64,000 nucleotides of DNA from an uncultured Candidatus Saccharibacteria bacterium (GTDB taxonomy: Bacteria > Patescibacteriota > Minisyncoccia > Minisyncoccales > Staskawiczbacteraceae): positions 34,220-98,219 of the forward strand of contig CAYRVC010000001.1 of the NCBI GenBank assembly GCA_964427585.1, read 5' to 3'. The translations under genes and the position numbers were made by a program. Below are positions 61,220-64,000 of the stretch, in pieces. The notes under the pieces were generated by a model. The model was given only the letters and a program-made list of their open reading frames with translations. It was not told the origin of the DNA and did not search any database. Numbering within the stretch: the first letter of the stretch is position 1; each line of letters starts with the position of its first letter.

Positions 61220-62086
61220 ATGAATAATTTAAAATTTTATCTAAAAAAAGCAAGAAAAGAAAAGTGGGCAATCGGGCAGTTTAATTTTTCAACGGAATCC
61301 CAGTTAAAAGGCGTCGTTTCAGCCGCGCAAAATTTAAAATCTCCCGTAATATTGGGAACCTCCGAAGGCGAAAGCAGGTTTTTTGGCTTGGAGGAGGCGG
61401 TTGCCTTGAGAAATGTCTTGAGAAAAAAAACAAGATTGCCGATTTTCTTGAATTTAGACCACGGCAAATCATTGGATTATCTTGAGGAAGCAATCGATGC
61501 GGGCTATGACATGGTTCATTTCGACGGTTCAAAACTGCCGTCAGAGGAGAATATAAACGAAACAAAAAAGATTGTTAAATACGCCAGAAGAAAGGGCGTT
61601 TTAGTTGAAGGGGAAGTAGGCATGTTTGCCACCGATTCGTCAAAGATGTATCAAGAAAAATTTGAAATCAAAGAAGAATTATTGACTAATCCTGAAGAAT
61701 CTGTAAAATACATAGATAAGTCAAAAGTTTTGCTTTTGGCGATTTCGGTGGGGAATTTCCACGGGATTGAAATTTCGGGGCAGAATCCCCGCCTTCTGCT
61801 GAACAGGCTGGCTGAAATAAAAAGAACGGCAAAGGATGTTTTTTTGGTTTTGCACGGCGGGTCAGGCATTTTAGAGGAAGATATCAGGCAGGCGATCAGC
61901 CTGGGAATTGTAAAAATCAATATCAACACGGAAATCAGGCTGGCCTTCACAAAAAGTTTGAAGGATTATTTAGAAGAAAATTTAGAAGAAATAACTCCTT
62001 ATAAATATCTGCAAAATTCAACCGAGGCGGTTTTAAAGCTTGCTGAAGAAAAAATGTTATTATTTGGAAGCAATAACAAAATATAA
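61220..62086 (+). CDS. fba: Class II fructose/tagatose-bisphosphate aldolase
   Basis: LNLDHGKS, HFDGS, VGNFHG, LVLHGGSG. Confidence 0.85.
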   Translation: MNNLKFYLKKARKEKWAIGQFNFSTESQLKGVVSAAQNLKSPVILGTSEGESRFFGLEEAVALRNVLRKKTRLPIFLNLDHGKSLDYLEEAIDAGYDMVHFDGSKLPSEENINETKKIVKYARRKGVLVEGEVGMFATDSSKMYQEKFEIKEELLTNPEESVKYIDKSKVLLLAISVGNFHGIEISGQNPRLLLNRLAEIKRTAKDVFLVLHGGSGILEEDIRQAISLGIVKININTEIRLAFTKSLKDYLEENLEEITPYKYLQNSTEAVLKLAEEKMLLFGSNNKI

Positions 62087-62298
62087 TGGCAAAAATAATT
62101 TTAGAAAAAGACAAGTGCATCTCCTGCGGGTCGTGCTGGGCGATTTGCGAAGAATATTTTGAAATGGGGGATGACGGAAGATCCCATATTAAAAACGTGA
62201 ATAAGGCGGAATTAGAAGAACTGGAAACAGACGATTTAAAGTGCGCAGAAGCTGCTGTTGAAGCCTGCCCCGTGCAATGCATAATAATAAAAAAATAA
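62086..62298 (+). CDS. Small ferredoxin
   Basis: CISCGSCWAIC...CP motif; 70 aa; TAATG overlap with fba. Confidence 0.75.
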   Translation: MAKIILEKDKCISCGSCWAICEEYFEMGDDGRSHIKNVNKAELEELETDDLKCAEAAVEACPVQCIIIKK

Positions 62299-62303
62299 AA
62301 TAT

Positions 62304-62966
62304 ATGGCAATACTATCAGTAAAAACCAGAAAAGAAACTGGCAAAAAAACAGAAAATTTAAGAAAAAAAGGCATAATTCCCGCCGTGCTTTACGGACCGG
62401 GAGTCAAAGATGTTTTAGTGGAGGTTGGCGAAAAGGATTTTGAAAAAGTATTCAAGCAAACCGGAGAGAGTTCCCTGGTTGATTTGAAAATAGACGGGGA
62501 AAAAGAAAATAGAAAAGTTTTTATCCATGATGTCCAGAAAGACGCGGTTACTGATAAATTTATGCATGCTGATTTTTTCCAGGCGTCTTTGAAAGATGAA
62601 ATTGAGGTAAAGATTCCCTTGGTTTTTGAAGGAGTGTCTTTTGCGGTTAAGGATCTGGGGGCGAATCTGGTTAAAAACATCACAGAAATCGAAGTAAAAG
62701 CCCTGCCGCACAATCTGCCCCATGATATTAAAGTCAGCATAGACGGGCTTTTGAAAATAGGAGACCATATTCTGGTTAAAGACTTGATTGTTCCAAAAGA
62801 AATAAAGATTATGAAAAAACCGGACGAAATAATTGTTTCTGCCGTGGAGCCTGAAAAAGTGGAAGAAGAGCTGGAAAAGCCGATAGAAGAGAAAGTGGAA
62901 GAGGTGGAAAAAGTGGAAAAAGAGAAAAAAGAAGAAATTGTCGAGGAAGAAGACCAAAAAAAATAA
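62304..62966 (+). CDS. rplY: 50S ribosomal protein L25 / general stress protein Ctc (acidic C-terminal tail)
   Basis: The ATG at 62304 gives MAILSVKTRKETGKKTENLRKKGIIPAVLYG, a canonical L25 start. Confidence 0.88.
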   Translation: MAILSVKTRKETGKKTENLRKKGIIPAVLYGPGVKDVLVEVGEKDFEKVFKQTGESSLVDLKIDGEKENRKVFIHDVQKDAVTDKFMHADFFQASLKDEIEVKIPLVFEGVSFAVKDLGANLVKNITEIEVKALPHNLPHDIKVSIDGLLKIGDHILVKDLIVPKEIKIMKKPDEIIVSAVEPEKVEEELEKPIEEKVEEVEKVEKEKKEEIVEEEDQKK

Positions 62967-62979
62967 TAGAAATTCACAG

Positions 62980-63010
62980 CCAGCCCATTGCCATCAGGGC
63001 TGGTTTTTTT
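62980..63010 (+). terminator. Rho-independent terminator
   Basis: CCAGCCC-loop-GGGCTGG followed by TTTTTTT. Confidence 0.8.
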
Positions 63011-63027
63011 GTATAAATAAGATAGTA

Positions 63028-64000
63028 ATGGAAATTGGAATGAAGAATGACAGCAAAATTATAATTTCGCTTACGGTGATTATCTTTTCGGTTTTAATGT
63101 CGCCGGTTTTAGTTTTGGCGGAGGATTTGGCGGCAAGTTGCGCCTTGATTTCAGAATCTGAAAACGACTGCCAGGGTTTAAGTTCTGCAGAATGCCGCCT
63201 TGTTTTGGAAAAATGCGCCGATTATTACGAACAGCAGTCATCTGCAATAGCGAAAGACATTACTAAAACCGAAAAAGAGAAAAAAACCCTTCAGTCGCAA
63301 GTGAGTTCTCTTAAAAAGAAAATCCAGAATTTAAGCTATCAGATAAAACAAGGAAACGTTATGGTAAAAAACCTTGGCATGCAGATTGACGATACCCAAG
63401 TTTCCATTAACAAGACTTCTTTGAAGATAAAGGATTCGGAAGGCCAACTGGCCGATATCTTGAGGTCTATTTATGAAGAAGATCAGAAGTCGTCTATTGA
63501 AATACTGCTTGAAGGAAACCTTTCTGATTTTTTCAGCAATTTAGTCCATATAGAAAATCTTAACTTAAAACTTAGCGAGCTTTTAGACAGCACCAGAAAT
63601 TTGAAATCGTACCTGGAAGGCCAAAAGGGAAAAATGGACAGCGAAAAAGAAGAGCTGGAGGGCGTGGTGAAAGTGAGGGGTCTGCAAAAACAGGAATCGG
63701 AAAAAACCAGGAAAGAGCAGGAAAATTATTTGAAATTAACCGAGGCGCAGTATCAAAAGCAGATGCAGGAAAAGCAGGCCGCGCAAAAAAAGGCGGCCTC
63801 GATCCGGGCCAGAATCTTTGAGTTGTTGGGCGTTTCGAAAGCGCCTACTTTCGGGGAGGCATATGAAATCGCAAAATATGTTTCAGGGTTAACCGGCATA
63901 CGGCCCGCTTTCATTCTGGCGGTTTTAACTCAGGAATCGAATATAGGCAAGAACGTGGGCCAGTGCTATGTTACCAATTTTGACACCGGAGCAGGCATTG
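63028..64000 (+). CDS. Secreted coiled-coil protein with a C-terminal lytic-transglycosylase-like region, 5' partial (open to the window edge)
   Basis: Manual translation is open to nt 64000. Signal peptide IIISLTVIIFSVLMSPVLVLA, long Q/K/E coiled coil, ending ...AFILAVLTQESNIGKNVGQCY. Confidence 0.6.
   Translation, partial: MEIGMKNDSKIIISLTVIIFSVLMSPVLVLAEDLAASCALISESENDCQGLSSAECRLVLEKCADYYEQQSSAIAKDITKTEKEKKTLQSQVSSLKKKIQNLSYQIKQGNVMVKNLGMQIDDTQVSINKTSLKIKDSEGQLADILRSIYEEDQKSSIEILLEGNLSDFFSNLVHIENLNLKLSELLDSTRNLKSYLEGQKGKMDSEKEELEGVVKVRGLQKQESEKTRKEQENYLKLTEAQYQKQMQEKQAAQKKAASIRARIFELLGVSKAPTFGEAYEIAKYVSGLTGIRPAFILAVLTQESNIGKNVGQCYVTNFDTGAGI

Noticed and set aside
1-64000. Possible alternative genetic code (UGA recoded, as in some CPR lineages).
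   Set aside because: UGA terminates well-aligned genes (rplX, tpiA, rpmC). A full RF2 gene with its UGA-dependent frameshift site is present.

Overview
This window reads as a contiguous piece of a small, AT-rich, streamlined bacterial genome. I infer a Candidate Phyla Radiation / Patescibacteria (Parcubacteria-like) origin from several signs: rpsE abuts rplO with no rpmD, many r-proteins carry extensions, the metabolic genes are minimal and fermentative, there is a pilin-like gene, and there are many membrane-anchored orphan proteins. The genetic code appears standard: UGA is used as a stop and RF2 is present. Nearly everything is on the + strand.

Contents in order:
- 1-19.6 kb: the S10-spc-alpha ribosomal superoperon (rplB 3' end through rpsI). 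A ~6 kb block is inserted between map and infA, holding an orphan acidic protein, a PaaX-like regulator, tpiA, a YkuK-like gene, alaS and a membrane orphan.
- 19.7-21.6 kb: a visibly AT-richer type II restriction-modification islet.
- 21.8-25 kb: orphan or accessory genes (PEGA, DUF218, PP2C-like).
- 25-39.6 kb: cell envelope, division and translation genes (murA, mreB, holB, frr, rseP, DUF3800, proS, a second mreB, gatCA, ftsB-like, tRNA-Gly/Thr, prfB with its +1 frameshift, ftsEX).
- 39.6-44.2 kb: tRNA-Gln and tRNA-Ile, followed by orphan secreted and membrane genes, a peptidase-S51 fusion, a pyrF relic and a PRTase.
- 44.4-64 kb: ftsZ, galU, redox genes, a pilin-like gene, glycolysis and acetate genes (eno, gpmA, gap, acs, pduL, ppsA, pfkB-type kinase, fba), ferredoxin, L25, and the start of a coiled-coil transglycosylase-like protein.

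I saw no rRNA, CRISPR array, integrase, transposase or reverse transcriptase.

The most unusual content is non-coding:
- two multi-copy families of 130-165 nt nested-hairpin (MITE-like) elements;
- a 22-nt perfect palindrome present three times, two copies bracketing the PaaX-like gene;
- a wider set of loop-less perfect palindromes;
- a 60-nt GC-rich hairpin inserted in-frame into enolase;
- a 120-nt terminal-inverted-repeat element that exactly fills the rplN-rplX gap.

All functional calls rest on motif recognition by eye. No database search was run.
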